IMG/VR virus record: IMGVR_UViG_3300021420_000016
Span: 1 to 64,000 of that record
DNA length: 64,000 nucleotides
Source: a virus
Reading direction: 5' to 3' (one strand)
Shown here: positions 16,599-26,681 of the stretch, piece after piece
Position numbering within the stretch: position 1 is the stretch's first letter
Layout: every line of letters starts with the position of its first letter
The notes under the pieces: generated by a model
The model's database searches: none
Seen by the model: the letters and a program-made list of their open reading frames with translations, nothing else
What the model was told of the DNA's origin: nothing
Position numbers and translations under genes: made by a program

Positions 16599-16814
16599 TC
16601 ATCGGGCCTGTTTCCTGTCGCCTGCCAGTTTCGCCAGTGCCGCTTCACGCATCCATGCCGCGACGGACGGCCGCCGCATGGCGGCCCTGGCCCGCTCCTC
16701 CTCGGCGGCGAAGATCTCGTCGTGCAGCCTTCTCGGCATGCTCATGATGAAGCGGACCAGTTCGTCCGGGTCTAGCCTGTCCTGCTCCGCGTCGCGTGCT
16801 GCGCTCTCTGCCAT
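16599..16814 (-). CDS. Ribbon-helix-helix (Arc-like) DNA-binding protein
   Basis: VRFIMSMPRRLHDEI...SVAAWMREAA; extended -10 TGATATCAT 6 nt before ATG. Confidence 0.65.
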   Translation of the reverse strand: MAESAARDAEQDRLDPDELVRFIMSMPRRLHDEIFAAEEERARAAMRRPSVAAWMREAALAKLAGDRKQAR

Positions 16815-16915
16815 GCCGCGATGATATCACGCTTGCATCCCCCCGTGTCTACCCGCTCATGGCCCGCCAGCCAAATATCACCGCCGGGATCCGGCAGGCA
16901 AGGGAGAGATCAACC

Positions 16916-17356
16916 ATGGCATCTGACGTTGCAGTCGCCGTGCCTTACGGGTCCCTGGCGCAGGGCCAGGGCGTCTACGGGACCGCCACGGGGGCGACGA
17001 CGGCCTACTCCCCGTGGGACTCCACCACCGTCACCGCCGCCGCAGGCGCGGGTGCGGGCACGTCGCCGCCGGCGCCGGTGGTGGGCACTACCCCGGCGGC
17101 GACGATGATCCGCGGGTCGGTCACGTGGGGCACCGGGACGGCCACGGCTACCGGGTCGCAGGTGTCCATCACCTTCGGGTCTACGTTCCCCACGACACCC
17201 ACGGTGGTGCTGTGCCCGACGACGATCGCGGCCGGGACGCTGAACACCTACATCACGTCGGTCGGGTCCACCGGCTTCACGGTCGCCGCCGCGGTGGCGC
17301 CAACGGTGAGCCAGGGCGCGACGGTCTACGGGGCCGCCTGGTACGCCTCCCTGTGA
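16916..17356 (+). CDS. Thr-rich head decoration/fibre protein (H-type-lectin-like beta fold)
   Basis: ITFGSTFPTTPTVV...STGFTV motif; first + strand gene after the capsid. Confidence 0.65.
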   Translation: MASDVAVAVPYGSLAQGQGVYGTATGATTAYSPWDSTTVTAAAGAGAGTSPPAPVVGTTPAATMIRGSVTWGTGTATATGSQVSITFGSTFPTTPTVVLCPTTIAAGTLNTYITSVGSTGFTVAAAVAPTVSQGATVYGAAWYASL

Positions 17357-17456
17357 CCCTTTGAAGGCATTCCCTTTCAATCCCCCCGAAGGGCCTTCTT
17401 TTGAACAACTCCTGTTCCTCCCATGCCGCGATAGCGGCCCGGGGAGGTGATGAGGG

Positions 17457-19293
17457 TTGAGGATCATATTGCATTCGAATGCACCGTGGCCCTCAACCTT
17501 AGGCTGGTTACGGAATCCAGGCGCGCATCTGGGCGCGCAAGTGGCGCGACATGGGCCACGAGGTCATCTTCAGTGCGTTCTCCGGTCTGGCGGGTTCGCC
17601 GTTGCCGTATGACGGGTTCAAGGTGCTTCCGTCGGTGTTCAACGGTGACCCGTTCGGTGCGGCGATCCTGGGGGAGCATTTCCGCCGGGAGCAGGCCGAT
17701 TTCATCATCACTTTGTGTGACATCTGGGCTTTGGAGCCGTCGCATCTGACGGGGCTGCCAGTGGCGCACTGGATGCCGGTGGACTGTGCGCCGCTGTCGA
17801 TGCGGGATGAGAACTGCCTGAAGGTGTCGGGCGCGGTGCCGATCGCGATGTCCCGGTTCGGGGAGCGGATGCTCCGCGATGCGGGTTTCGAGACGGTTCT
17901 GTACGCGCCGCATGGCATCGATTTGGATGTGTGGTCGCCGTCGCTGGACCGGGATGAGGCGCGGCGGCAGCTCGGCGTGGATGGGCTGTTCACGATCGGG
18001 ATCAATGCGGCGAACAAGGACGCGTTCCGTAAGGGCATGGCCGAGCAGTATGAGGCTTTCGCCAGGTTCCATGCGAAGCACCCGGATAGCGCGCTGCTGG
18101 TGCATTCAGTGCTGGCGGAGAAGGATTCCCTGGATCTGCGGGTGATCGAGCAGCGCCTTGGGCTGACCGGCGCGGTGCGGTATGTGGATCAGTACGCGCT
18201 GCTGACGGGGCAGGTGCCGCAGGAGCACCTGGTGAACTGGTATGCCGCCCTGGACCTGTATTCGGCGTGCTCGTTCGGCGAGGGGTTCTGCCTTCCCGCG
18301 GTGGAGGCGATGGCGTGCGGCGCGCCGGTGGTGGCGACGGACTGTTCCGCTTTGGCGGAGGATGTCGCGGCGGGGCAGTGGCTGGTAAAGGGCGAGCGAT
18401 TCTGGAATCCCACCCATGGCTCATGGTGGGTGAAGCCGGATATCGGCGGGATCGCCAAGGCGTACGAGGCCGCATACCAGAAGGGTCCCGCGTGGCAGGC
18501 GAAGCGGGGGAAGGCGCGGGCGTCAGCGGAACGGTTCGGCGTGGACCGGGTCGCGGAAGAGTACTGGGAGCCGGTGCTGGCCGCGTTGAAGGAGCGGTTC
18601 TGCCCGGCGGTGACCCTGACTGGCGCGGGGGAGCGGCCGGAGGGCGCGCCGGAGGTCTCAGTGTGTTTCGCGTCCCGCGGCCGGCCGGAGTCTCTCGCGG
18701 AGACGGTGGCGCAACTGGTCGCTTTGGCCGCTGAGCCGGACGCGATCGAGGTCCTGATCGCCGCCGACCCGGATGACGAGGCCACCCACACCGCGGCGCT
18801 GCCGCCACAGGCGCGAGTGTGGGTGGCACCGGAACGGTACGGCTACACCGGGCTGCACCGCTACCTGAATGCGCTGGCATCTCGTGCTGCCGGTGAGTGG
18901 ATTTTGTGGTGGAACGATGACATGCGGATGGTCACCCCCGGCTGGGACAAGATCATCCGCTCGAACCGGCCCGCCGTCTTGTGGCCGCATGCCAACCATG
19001 TGCATCACGCCAACATCGCCCCCGCGTGGCCGAAAGCCTGGTCGGACGCGATGGGGCACGTGTCGCCGACGACGCACATGGACACGTATCTGCAAAGGCT
19101 GGGGGAGGCGCTCGGCCGGCACGACCCGGTCGCGGTGGAGATCACCCATGACCGGGCGGATGTCACCGGGAACCACGACGACCAGACCTACGCCGAGGGG
19201 CGCAAGCTGCTTGGGCCTGAAGGCATGGTCGATGAGGTCTTCCCCTACGACCAGGTGGCCAGGGACGCGGCGGTCATCCGGGGGCTGCTGTGA
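17457..19293 (+). CDS. Bifunctional glycosyltransferase (GT4 + GT2-like) with a 7-nt coding gap: join(17457..17498,17506..19293)
   Basis: SD GGAGGTGA + TTG gives MRIILHSNAPWPST; the +1 frame continues GYGIQ...; GT4 motif EGFCLPAVEAMACG; C-terminal ASRGRP...WNDD. Confidence 0.85.
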
Positions 19294-19637
19294 CCGGCTG
19301 CCCGTTCTGCGCGCGCATCGAGGCGGCCGGATACGAATCTTGGGCGAGCGACCCGGATGTGGTGTGGTTTGAGCCGCTGAACCCGGTCACGCCGGGGCAC
19401 ATGCTGTTCGTGCCGGCCCGCCATGTCGCGGACGCGCTGGAGGACCCGTACACGACAGCGCTCACGATGGAAATCGCCTCGCGCAAGACCCAGGGGTCTT
19501 GCAATCTGATCACGTCGGTGGGCGCGCTGGCCAGCCAGACGGTCTGGCACCTGCACATTCACGCCGTGCCCCGCCGGCCCGGCGACGGCCTTCAGTTGCC
19601 CTGGCCGCAGCGGTCGTTTGCGGAGATAGCCGGATGA
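19290..19637 (+). CDS. HIT-family nucleotide hydrolase
   Basis: CPFC, PVTPGHMLFVP, QTVWHLHIH. Confidence 0.9.
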   Translation: MTGCPFCARIEAAGYESWASDPDVVWFEPLNPVTPGHMLFVPARHVADALEDPYTTALTMEIASRKTQGSCNLITSVGALASQTVWHLHIHAVPRRPGDGLQLPWPQRSFAEIAG

Positions 19638-20278
19638 CCCTCCGCAATCTGATGCGCGTGCATGAGGACGTGCTGCGGCAGGGGTGGGCGCTGACCACCG
19701 CCACCGAAATGGGCCTGGACACCGCCGGGACCCGGGAGGCCCTGGCGCCCGCCTTGGCTCCGGATCCGCGGGGGCCAGGCAAGCAGCAGGCCCTGGATGT
19801 GGTCACCTACGAGCGGGACGGCGCGCATCTGCTGGTCGCCGAGGCTGAATCGAACGACATCGGCGGCGTTCCGGGGGGCATTTCCCGGTGCTGGCTGATC
19901 GGGCCGCCTGGCGGCGCGGCGGCGCCTGCGGGGGATTTGGTGGCCCGGGCGGTGCTGCGGATGGCCCCGGTGTCGCTGCGCCGGGCGGCGGGGCGAATGA
20001 GCGCCACGTTCCTGCGGTACGGTCCCGGCGCGGAGGCCAATGCGCACCAGGACAAGTTCGGTGACATGGTCGTCATCTGGGTGCTGGACCGGGACGGGGA
20101 CGGCGGGCAGAGTTTCCTGCTCACTCCGGACCGTGAGGACGCGTTGCGGCGCACGCTCGCAGTAGGGGAGATGCTGATCTTCCGGGATGAGATGTTCCTG
20201 CACGGGGTCACCGCGATGCGCGGGGAGGGTGCGTCCCGGGATGCGCTGGTGTTCATCACTTTGCGGGACGGTTCCTGA
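19634..20278 (+). CDS. 2-oxoglutarate/Fe(II) dioxygenase
   Basis: HQD...FLHGVT...SRDAL facial-triad pattern. Confidence 0.75.
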   Translation: MTLRNLMRVHEDVLRQGWALTTATEMGLDTAGTREALAPALAPDPRGPGKQQALDVVTYERDGAHLLVAEAESNDIGGVPGGISRCWLIGPPGGAAAPAGDLVARAVLRMAPVSLRRAAGRMSATFLRYGPGAEANAHQDKFGDMVVIWVLDRDGDGGQSFLLTPDREDALRRTLAVGEMLIFRDEMFLHGVTAMRGEGASRDALVFITLRDGS

Positions 20279-20892
20279 TGGAGTGGAGGCTGTTCGGGGA
20301 CGTGCTGCCTGAGCCGGCGGGGATGCTGGCGGGCCGCGGGTGGATGGATCTGGAGCATCAGCCCGGGTTCGCCCAGCGGGCGGGCATGGTTGCGGGCCTG
20401 GTGGCTTTGGTTGCGGGTTTGTGCCCTGACGTCGAGTCGGTGACCGACTTGGGGTGTGGTGACGGGTCCCTGCTCGCCCGGTTCCCGGCGCACCTGTACA
20501 GCTGGGGTTATGAGATCGGCCTCGGCGACGTGGCTGCGGCACGGGACCGGGGCCTGAACGTGTTCCAGGCCGACATCCTGCACGAGCGGCTGGAATACGG
20601 GTCCCTGCTGGTGGCCAGCGAGGTGCTGGAGCACCTGGAAGATCCGCGGGCGTTCTTGGAGGCGCTGCCGGCTAGGCCGCTGGTGGTGTCGTCGCCGTCG
20701 GCGGAGACCGGGGACTGGCACAACGACATTCACGCGTGGGCGTGGGACCTGCCTGGGTATAAGGCGCTGCTGGAGTCGGCGGGGTGGCGGGTGCTGTACC
20801 AAACCGATTGTGACGGCGGCCGGAACTGTTTCGAGGGCGTGGAGGGCCCGCAGCGGTTTCAGGCGGCGGTGTGCGTGAAGGCGGCGGCGTGA
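20278..20892 (+). CDS. Class I SAM-dependent methyltransferase
   Basis: DLGCGDG, SEVLEHLEDP. Confidence 0.85.
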   Translation: MEWRLFGDVLPEPAGMLAGRGWMDLEHQPGFAQRAGMVAGLVALVAGLCPDVESVTDLGCGDGSLLARFPAHLYSWGYEIGLGDVAAARDRGLNVFQADILHERLEYGSLLVASEVLEHLEDPRAFLEALPARPLVVSSPSAETGDWHNDIHAWAWDLPGYKALLESAGWRVLYQTDCDGGRNCFEGVEGPQRFQAAVCVKAAA

Positions 20893-21440
20893 GGGTGCGG
20901 CTGCGGCCCGCGTGGAGTGAAGCGGAGCTTGCCGAGTTGTGCCCGGTGCCGCACGACCACACCAAGTACCGCAGTCACATCGTCCGGGTGGAGCACACCA
21001 TTTCCCTCGGGCAGGCGCTGCTGCGGGACACCGAGATGCCCGCTGTGGTGACGGTGGCGGACCTGTCCTGCGGGGATGCGGTCATCCCGCGGGCCTTGTG
21101 CGCGGATCCGGTGCTGGGGGATTTCGCCCCCGGCTATCCGGTCACCGGGATGATTGAGAACACGGTCATCTCGTGCCCGCTGGTGGACCTATTCGTGCTG
21201 TCGGAGACCGCTGAGCATGTGGACGACCCGGACGGGCTGCTGGCGGCTATCCGGTACCGGGCGCACCGGCTGCTGCTGTCCACGCCGCTGGCGGAGTTCG
21301 ATGACCACAACGACCAGCATTACTGGGGCTGGGATCTTGACGGGGTGCGGGAGATGCTCATCGGCGCGGGGTGGGATCCGGTGCTCTGGTCCACGGTGAC
21401 CGGCCCGGATGCTGCGTTCCAAATCTGGGGCTCCCGGTAA
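20889..21440 (+). CDS. Methyltransferase-like protein
   Basis: ADLSCGD, SETAEHVDDP, HYWGWD. Confidence 0.7.
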   Translation: MRVRLRPAWSEAELAELCPVPHDHTKYRSHIVRVEHTISLGQALLRDTEMPAVVTVADLSCGDAVIPRALCADPVLGDFAPGYPVTGMIENTVISCPLVDLFVLSETAEHVDDPDGLLAAIRYRAHRLLLSTPLAEFDDHNDQHYWGWDLDGVREMLIGAGWDPVLWSTVTGPDAAFQIWGSR

Positions 21441-22324
21441 TGAAAACCGTTCTCATCACCGGGAGCGCGGGGTTCCTGGGGCGCCATCTGACCCGCGCGC
21501 TGGACGACGCCGGGTATGCGATCACCAGCATCGACCGCGGCGACGGCCTCGACGCCCGGGACTTCTTCCGCCAGTCCAGCGACCGGTTCGACCTAGTGGT
21601 TCATGCGGCCGCTGCGGGGGCGGACCGGGCGTCGATCGACGGCTCCCCGCTGGTCCTGGCAGCGAACTTCGAGCTCGACGCCGGCTTGTTCGGCTGGGCG
21701 GCCCGCACCCGCCCCGGGCGGGTGGTGTACCTGTCGTCCTCGGCCGCCTACCCGGTGGTCCTGCAGCAGCCCGGCAGCGACTACCGGCTGCGTGAACGGG
21801 ACATCAGCCTGCGGCACCCGCAGCAGCCCGACGGCATCTACGGGTGGTGCAAGCTCACCGGCGAACGTCTCGCCGCCCTCGCCCGCGACGCCGGCGTCCC
21901 GGTGACCGTTGTGCGGCCGTTCTCCGGTTACGGGGAGGACCAGGGGGAACGGTTCCCGTTCGGCGCGCTGGCCGCGCGGGCGGTGCGCCGCGAAGATCCC
22001 TTCGTAATCTGGGGCACCGGGGAGCAGGTCCGCGACTTCATCCACGTGGACGACATCGTCGCCGCGGTCACGACCATGGCCGAGCAGGGCATCGACGGGC
22101 CAGTGAACCTGGGCACCGGGCGGCCCACGGCGCTGCTCAGCCTCGCCGGGATGGCCTGCGAAGCCGCCGGGTACAAGACGGTCACCTGGGAGGCGCACCC
22201 GGAGAAACCCGCCGGGGTGGCGTGCCGGGTCGCCGACATCACCGCGATGAGCGAGTTCTGCACCCCGAAGGTCACCCTGGAAGAGGGCGTGGCCCGGGCC
22301 GTGTGCGCCCTCGTCGCCGCATGA
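21440..22324 (+). CDS. NAD-dependent nucleotide-sugar epimerase/dehydratase
   Basis: ITGSAGFLG, YLSSSAAY, YGWCK, VRDFIHVDD. Confidence 0.92.
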   Translation: MKTVLITGSAGFLGRHLTRALDDAGYAITSIDRGDGLDARDFFRQSSDRFDLVVHAAAAGADRASIDGSPLVLAANFELDAGLFGWAARTRPGRVVYLSSSAAYPVVLQQPGSDYRLRERDISLRHPQQPDGIYGWCKLTGERLAALARDAGVPVTVVRPFSGYGEDQGERFPFGALAARAVRREDPFVIWGTGEQVRDFIHVDDIVAAVTTMAEQGIDGPVNLGTGRPTALLSLAGMACEAAGYKTVTWEAHPEKPAGVACRVADITAMSEFCTPKVTLEEGVARAVCALVAA

Positions 22325-22500
22325 CCAGCCCCGTCCCTGCCGGTCCCTGCCGCCACTGCCGCCAGCCGGTGCACGAATGTTACGCAGTGATCCTCTGGGG
22401 TCACCGCCATTCCGCAGCGGCCTGCCAGGGCTGGGTCCACCAAAACGGCGAACACGCCTGCCGCGGCGGCGCGGCAGTGGCCGAATTCGCCGGAACCTGA
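22321..22500 (+). CDS. Small Cys/His-rich protein
   Basis: ATGA overlap; CRHC. Confidence 0.45.
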   Translation: MTSPVPAGPCRHCRQPVHECYAVILWGHRHSAAACQGWVHQNGEHACRGGAAVAEFAGT

Positions 22501-22598
22501 TCTTCCCCAAAGCACGCTCCCCAGCCCTGGCGCGCCCGCCGGGGCTTACTCATGTCATCCACAGCGCCCGCGGGGGCCACAACCAAGGAGTGCCAGAC

Positions 22599-23138
22599 AT
22601 GGCCGTCAACTCAAGCCTGAACACCCAGGGCACCCCCCCGGGCGGCGCCTACATCCAGCCTGCGCAGGGGTACGTCATCCAGGCGACCACCGACGCCGAC
22701 GTGAACGGCGCCCTGCAGCAGTCGGTCGCCGGCCCGAACGCCGGGTTCTCCTACTTCGGAGTGGCGAGCTACCGGGACGCCCAGGCCACCATCCAGGCCG
22801 GCTCCAAGGCGTCCGCGCCGTCTGCGGGCGGCACCTGCGTGACGATCACCCCGGGCACGGTGGGCCTGTGGGAGATCACCGGGCTGCTCGGCATCACCGG
22901 CACCACCGTCGCGACGACCGACACGAACAACTTCCAGTTGATCGCCAACGGGTCCACGCTGATCTCCACCATCACCTACCCGGTGCCCTCCACCACCGGC
23001 GGCCAGGGCGCGGTCCCGTTCGGCCCGGTGGTGGTCTCCATGACCGGCACCGCGAACACCGTGCAGGTGCAGGCCGCGGCGAACTCCACCGCGTCGTCGG
23101 TGTACTCGGCGACGATCGTCGCCCGCCGCGTCGGCTGA
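22599..23138 (+). CDS. Thr/Gly-rich virion protein
   Basis: SD AAGGAG; beta-rich. Confidence 0.7.
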   Translation: MAVNSSLNTQGTPPGGAYIQPAQGYVIQATTDADVNGALQQSVAGPNAGFSYFGVASYRDAQATIQAGSKASAPSAGGTCVTITPGTVGLWEITGLLGITGTTVATTDTNNFQLIANGSTLISTITYPVPSTTGGQGAVPFGPVVVSMTGTANTVQVQAAANSTASSVYSATIVARRVG

Positions 23139-23440
23139 TGGCCGGAGCAAACCAGGTCCCGGTGGGCACCACGCCGACGCTGCTGGTCAGCGCGCCCGTC
23201 GTCGGGGTGTCCGCCGGGCCGGGGCCAGTGGGCTGGTTCCAGATGGTCAACGGAACCGCGGCCACCGTGTACCTCAACGGCGGCACCACGGTGTCGTCCT
23301 CGAACGGGTACCCGCTCGGCACGGCCGCGACGACCATCGCGCCGAACGTGCTCACGGGCTGGCTGTTTTCCGGCGACAGCATCTACGGGATCGTCGCCTC
23401 CGGGTCTTCGACCGTCGACGTGCTTCAGACCGGGGTGTGA
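23138..23440 (+). CDS. Small virion protein
   Basis: TGATG coupling; TVYLNGGTTVSSSNGYPL. Confidence 0.7.
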   Translation: MAGANQVPVGTTPTLLVSAPVVGVSAGPGPVGWFQMVNGTAATVYLNGGTTVSSSNGYPLGTAATTIAPNVLTGWLFSGDSIYGIVASGSSTVDVLQTGV

Positions 23441-23443
23441 GCC

Positions 23444-23722
23444 GTGGCCCGGGTAACCCTCCCCGCCGGGTGCACGGGGCTCGACTTCGCTGACGGAGGC
23501 AAGACGCCGCCGGTTAGGCAGGGCACTTCGATCGAGGTTTCCGACCAGAACGCCCACTATCTGGCCAAGTCCTGGTACGGGCAGAACGGCGTCATCGGCG
23601 GCACAGGGTATTCGATGGGAACTAAGGGCGGCCGCTGGTGCGTGAACCACCGGCCGGCGCGCCTGTGGAACGCGTGGAGCAAGGAATGCCCGTCGTGCGG
23701 GCTGCCGACGGAGCCGGCCTAG
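23444..23722 (+). CDS. Small Zn-ribbon protein (head-tail region)
   Basis: WC...WSKECPSCG. Confidence 0.65.
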   Translation: MARVTLPAGCTGLDFADGGKTPPVRQGTSIEVSDQNAHYLAKSWYGQNGVIGGTGYSMGTKGGRWCVNHRPARLWNAWSKECPSCGLPTEPA

Positions 23723-24048
23723 GTGCGCTCGGTCATGCGCCCCCGCGTCAGCCCGAAACCAAACGTCTCATCCCGCCAGGACTCATCATCCGGTTCCCAT
23801 GGATATAGGTAGCCGCTCGCCGGGCTGCCGCTGTCCACGTGGCGACGAAGGCCGCCGTGGTCCCACCGGGTGCCGTCGATCTCGTTGTGGCAGCAGTCGA
23901 GCAGCAGGCATCCGCACCACATGCCCGCATGCCGGTCGGCCGTCTGGGCGCTGCTGAACTCCGGCGGTTCCGGTGGCGGATACGGCAGTGGCTGGTTCGC
24001 ATACGCGGCCGTGGAGGCCGGTGAAAGCGGGCCGGCCCACATCATCAT
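23719..24048 (-). CDS. Hypothetical protein (antisense accessory gene)
   Basis: 109-aa ORF fills the gap between + strand genes. Confidence 0.45.
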   Translation of the reverse strand: MMMWAGPLSPASTAAYANQPLPYPPPEPPEFSSAQTADRHAGMWCGCLLLDCCHNEIDGTRWDHGGLRRHVDSGSPASGYLYPWEPDDESWRDETFGFGLTRGRMTERT

Positions 24049-24077
24049 CCCCCCCCATTCTCCAAGGGAGTTTCATC

Positions 24078-24683
24078 ATGCCTGCAGTCGCCTATGCGAT
24101 GAGCGATCTTATCCCCAGCGACGACGGCCGCCACAGTGCCGGCCACATCCACCGTCCCGTCCACGCCGGCGGCTGCGGCCAGGAACACGAAGTCCAGGTC
24201 GACCACGTGGGCCGGGCGTTCATCGAGTGCGACCGGTGCGCGCCGTCGCTGATCGGCTCCCACTACGGGTGGGCTGCCCGCCCCGGGGACGTGCCGCTGA
24301 CCTGCGACGAGGTCGCCGACCAGGAACTGGCCGAGCGGGACGCCAAGGGCGCGCAGAACACCCTGCTGAAGGGCATGACCGAGGCGTTCGTGCGGGCCTT
24401 GCAGGGCGGTTCCAGTTTCCCCGGGATGGCCGCGGCGCCTGCGCCGAAGTCGCTGGTCGAGCAACTCTCCGACATGTCGGCCGCCGAGCGGGCGCAGCTC
24501 GCCGCGCTGCTCGCCCCACCGGCCCCCTCGGGGACGGCGGAAGTTACCGCGGCCCACGGGGCGGCCACGGCGGGCGGGGCTCATGTCCTGACGCCGCCGG
24601 CGCCGGAACCTGGTGCCGCCCGGGTGGTGCAGCCCGCCGAGCCGGTGAAGCGCGGCCCGGGACGCCCGCGGAAGAACCCCTGA
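24078..24683 (+). CDS. Hypothetical protein with C-terminal AT-hook-like KRGPGRPRK
   Basis: SD AGGGAG, ATG 24078. Confidence 0.7.
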   Translation: MPAVAYAMSDLIPSDDGRHSAGHIHRPVHAGGCGQEHEVQVDHVGRAFIECDRCAPSLIGSHYGWAARPGDVPLTCDEVADQELAERDAKGAQNTLLKGMTEAFVRALQGGSSFPGMAAAPAPKSLVEQLSDMSAAERAQLAALLAPPAPSGTAEVTAAHGAATAGGAHVLTPPAPEPGAARVVQPAEPVKRGPGRPRKNP

Positions 24684-24942
24684 TGGCCGGGACGCCCACC
24701 CAGCCGCCCGGGGGCAGCGGCGTGGCGGGGGACCGGGCGGAGGAGAACGGGCTCGCGCCGCAACGGCCGGTGCCGCGGCGCTGGTCACCCCGGGGGAGCC
24801 GCCGGCGGTGGGGCTGTCCCCGGATCCGGCACTGATGAAGCCGTACGTCACGCCGGTCCCGTTGAAGGCGCCGCTGAACGCCGCCGTGATGCGCACGGCC
24901 CCGGGTGAAAGCCCGGCCTGACGCTCCGGGGGTGAGCGCTGC

Positions 24943-25878
24943 ATGGCGCTGATGACAGGCCCGGTCTCGCCCTATATCACCCCAGATCAACTCACTACCT
25001 ACCCGCTTGGCGTGTCCTGGAACACGATTCCGGATCAGCGGGCCTCCGATGCGGCGAAGTACGCCGCGCAGGTGCTGATCTGCCAGACCGCCACCGGCAT
25101 GGCCGATGCCCGGTGCAACCAGGTGCTGCGGTCCACGTCACAGACCGAGACCTTGCACGGGCCCGGCGGTTACCGGTTCAGCATGCTGCCTGACGGTACT
25201 TCGCGGCTGCTGCTGTCCCAGTGGCCGATCCTCGGTGTCACCGCCATGCAGGTGGCCCGGTCGGTGCCGCTGCCCTACCAGTTCACGCCTGTCACCACTG
25301 GCAACTGGGCGGTGGAGCGGCCCGCACTGCTGGTGACGAGCTCGTCGGTGGCGGCGGATTCGGGGACCGGCGGGCAGGCGGTCATCCTCGGCCCCGGGTA
25401 CGTGCAGGGCGGCCGCGGCGCTTACGTGGCGGAAACCACTTACCTTGCCGGCTGGCCGCACTGCGGTATCACTGTGGCTGCTAATCCGGGCGACGAGATC
25501 TTGCAGGTGGACGACTGCACCGGGTGGGCCCCCGCCAGTCCGGGCGCCCCGGGTGCGACCGGTGTCATCCAGGACACCAGTGTTGCCCAGCAGGAAGCCA
25601 TCGCCTGCGCCGCGTCCTCGGTCACCGTCGGCCCCGGGTTCCTGTCGCTGGCTGCCCCGTTGCAGTACGCCCATGACCCGGGGATTCTCGCCACCGCCTT
25701 GCCGGGGCAGATTCAGTGGGCGACAGCCCTGTTTGCCGCCTCGCAAGCGCTGACCCGCGGGTCGACCAGTACCACCATTCAGACCACCCGCGGCGGGGCT
25801 CAGCGCAACGCGGGCGGCGGCGCCGCGCTCGCGGAGATGGCCTGCCAGCTGCTGGCGCCGTTCCGGCGCACCGAGTAG
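24943..25878 (+). CDS. Head-to-tail adaptor protein
   Basis: PYITPDQL N-terminus, RCNQVLR, TYLAGWP, LLAPFRR C-terminus; position. Confidence 0.7.
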   Translation: MALMTGPVSPYITPDQLTTYPLGVSWNTIPDQRASDAAKYAAQVLICQTATGMADARCNQVLRSTSQTETLHGPGGYRFSMLPDGTSRLLLSQWPILGVTAMQVARSVPLPYQFTPVTTGNWAVERPALLVTSSSVAADSGTGGQAVILGPGYVQGGRGAYVAETTYLAGWPHCGITVAANPGDEILQVDDCTGWAPASPGAPGATGVIQDTSVAQQEAIACAASSVTVGPGFLSLAAPLQYAHDPGILATALPGQIQWATALFAASQALTRGSTSTTIQTTRGGAQRNAGGGAALAEMACQLLAPFRRTE

Positions 25879-25887
25879 GCGGCTCCG

Positions 25888-26394
25888 ATGCCCATTACTA
25901 CGGTGATGACGTACATCAGGGATCTGATCGACGGGACCACGCCGCCGGGGGACACCGGGCTGTCCGGCCCGCTGGTGGCGCTGATCACTCCGTTCGACCC
26001 GGATGAGTCCGGTGACGCCCGCGCCTACATCTGGCCTTCCGCCGGCTCGGAGACCCGGCGGGCGTTCCCGCGGAACACCGGCCCGGGGACGCCGGGCGCG
26101 TGGAAAAACCTGCGCCATTCCATTGACGTGTTCCTCACCTGGTTCGATTCCGATTCGGACCCGGACGGGGATGTCAATTTCCCGGCACTGATCGACTATG
26201 TCATGGACCTGCTGCGCACGTCGCCGTGCGACGAGGTCGCCTACGACCCGGAAACGGGGCGGCCCAGCCATCTGATTAACGTCGGCGAGAACATGACGTA
26301 CGAGTATGTGACGCCGATGTCGATGGAAGACCAAAGGCAGCTCAGGTACGACGCGAAAATCATGGTGCCGATTCTTGAACTGTTCCAGGCCTGA
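25888..26394 (+). CDS. Tail terminator / tail completion protein
   Basis: Acidic 168-aa protein preceding the tail tube. Confidence 0.55.
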   Translation: MPITTVMTYIRDLIDGTTPPGDTGLSGPLVALITPFDPDESGDARAYIWPSAGSETRRAFPRNTGPGTPGAWKNLRHSIDVFLTWFDSDSDPDGDVNFPALIDYVMDLLRTSPCDEVAYDPETGRPSHLINVGENMTYEYVTPMSMEDQRQLRYDAKIMVPILELFQA

Positions 26395-26408
26395 ATTGAG
26401 GGGGAGCG

Positions 26409-26681
26409 GTGCGTTACCCATTTCTTGGCACGTCCGGGCGCATGTACGGGCAGTTCCTGGACGGCGCGACCGGGAAAACCCTCCAGGCCGAACCCGGTGG
26501 CGTGTACGACATGGTGCCCGCCGCCGGCCAGGAAGACATGACCGTGCCACCGCAAGACGGCCTGTGGGGGCCTGCGCTCAGTGCACCCAAGACGGCCGCC
26601 AGCAAAGACAAGGCAGCGCCGAAAGGCCGCGCTGCGAACGGTGCCGCTGCGGCGGCCAAGGGGGATGTGACCGGTGCCTGA
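26409..26681 (+). CDS. Small hypothetical protein
   Basis: SD GGGGAG; typical small gene before a tail tube. Confidence 0.6.
   Translation: MRYPFLGTSGRMYGQFLDGATGKTLQAEPGGVYDMVPAAGQEDMTVPPQDGLWGPALSAPKTAASKDKAAPKGRAANGAAAAAKGDVTGA

Noticed and set aside
17498-17504. Ty1-type CTT-AGG-C +1 frameshift heptamer
   Set aside because: Not in the reading frame of the upstream peptide, and it is a yeast-specific signal
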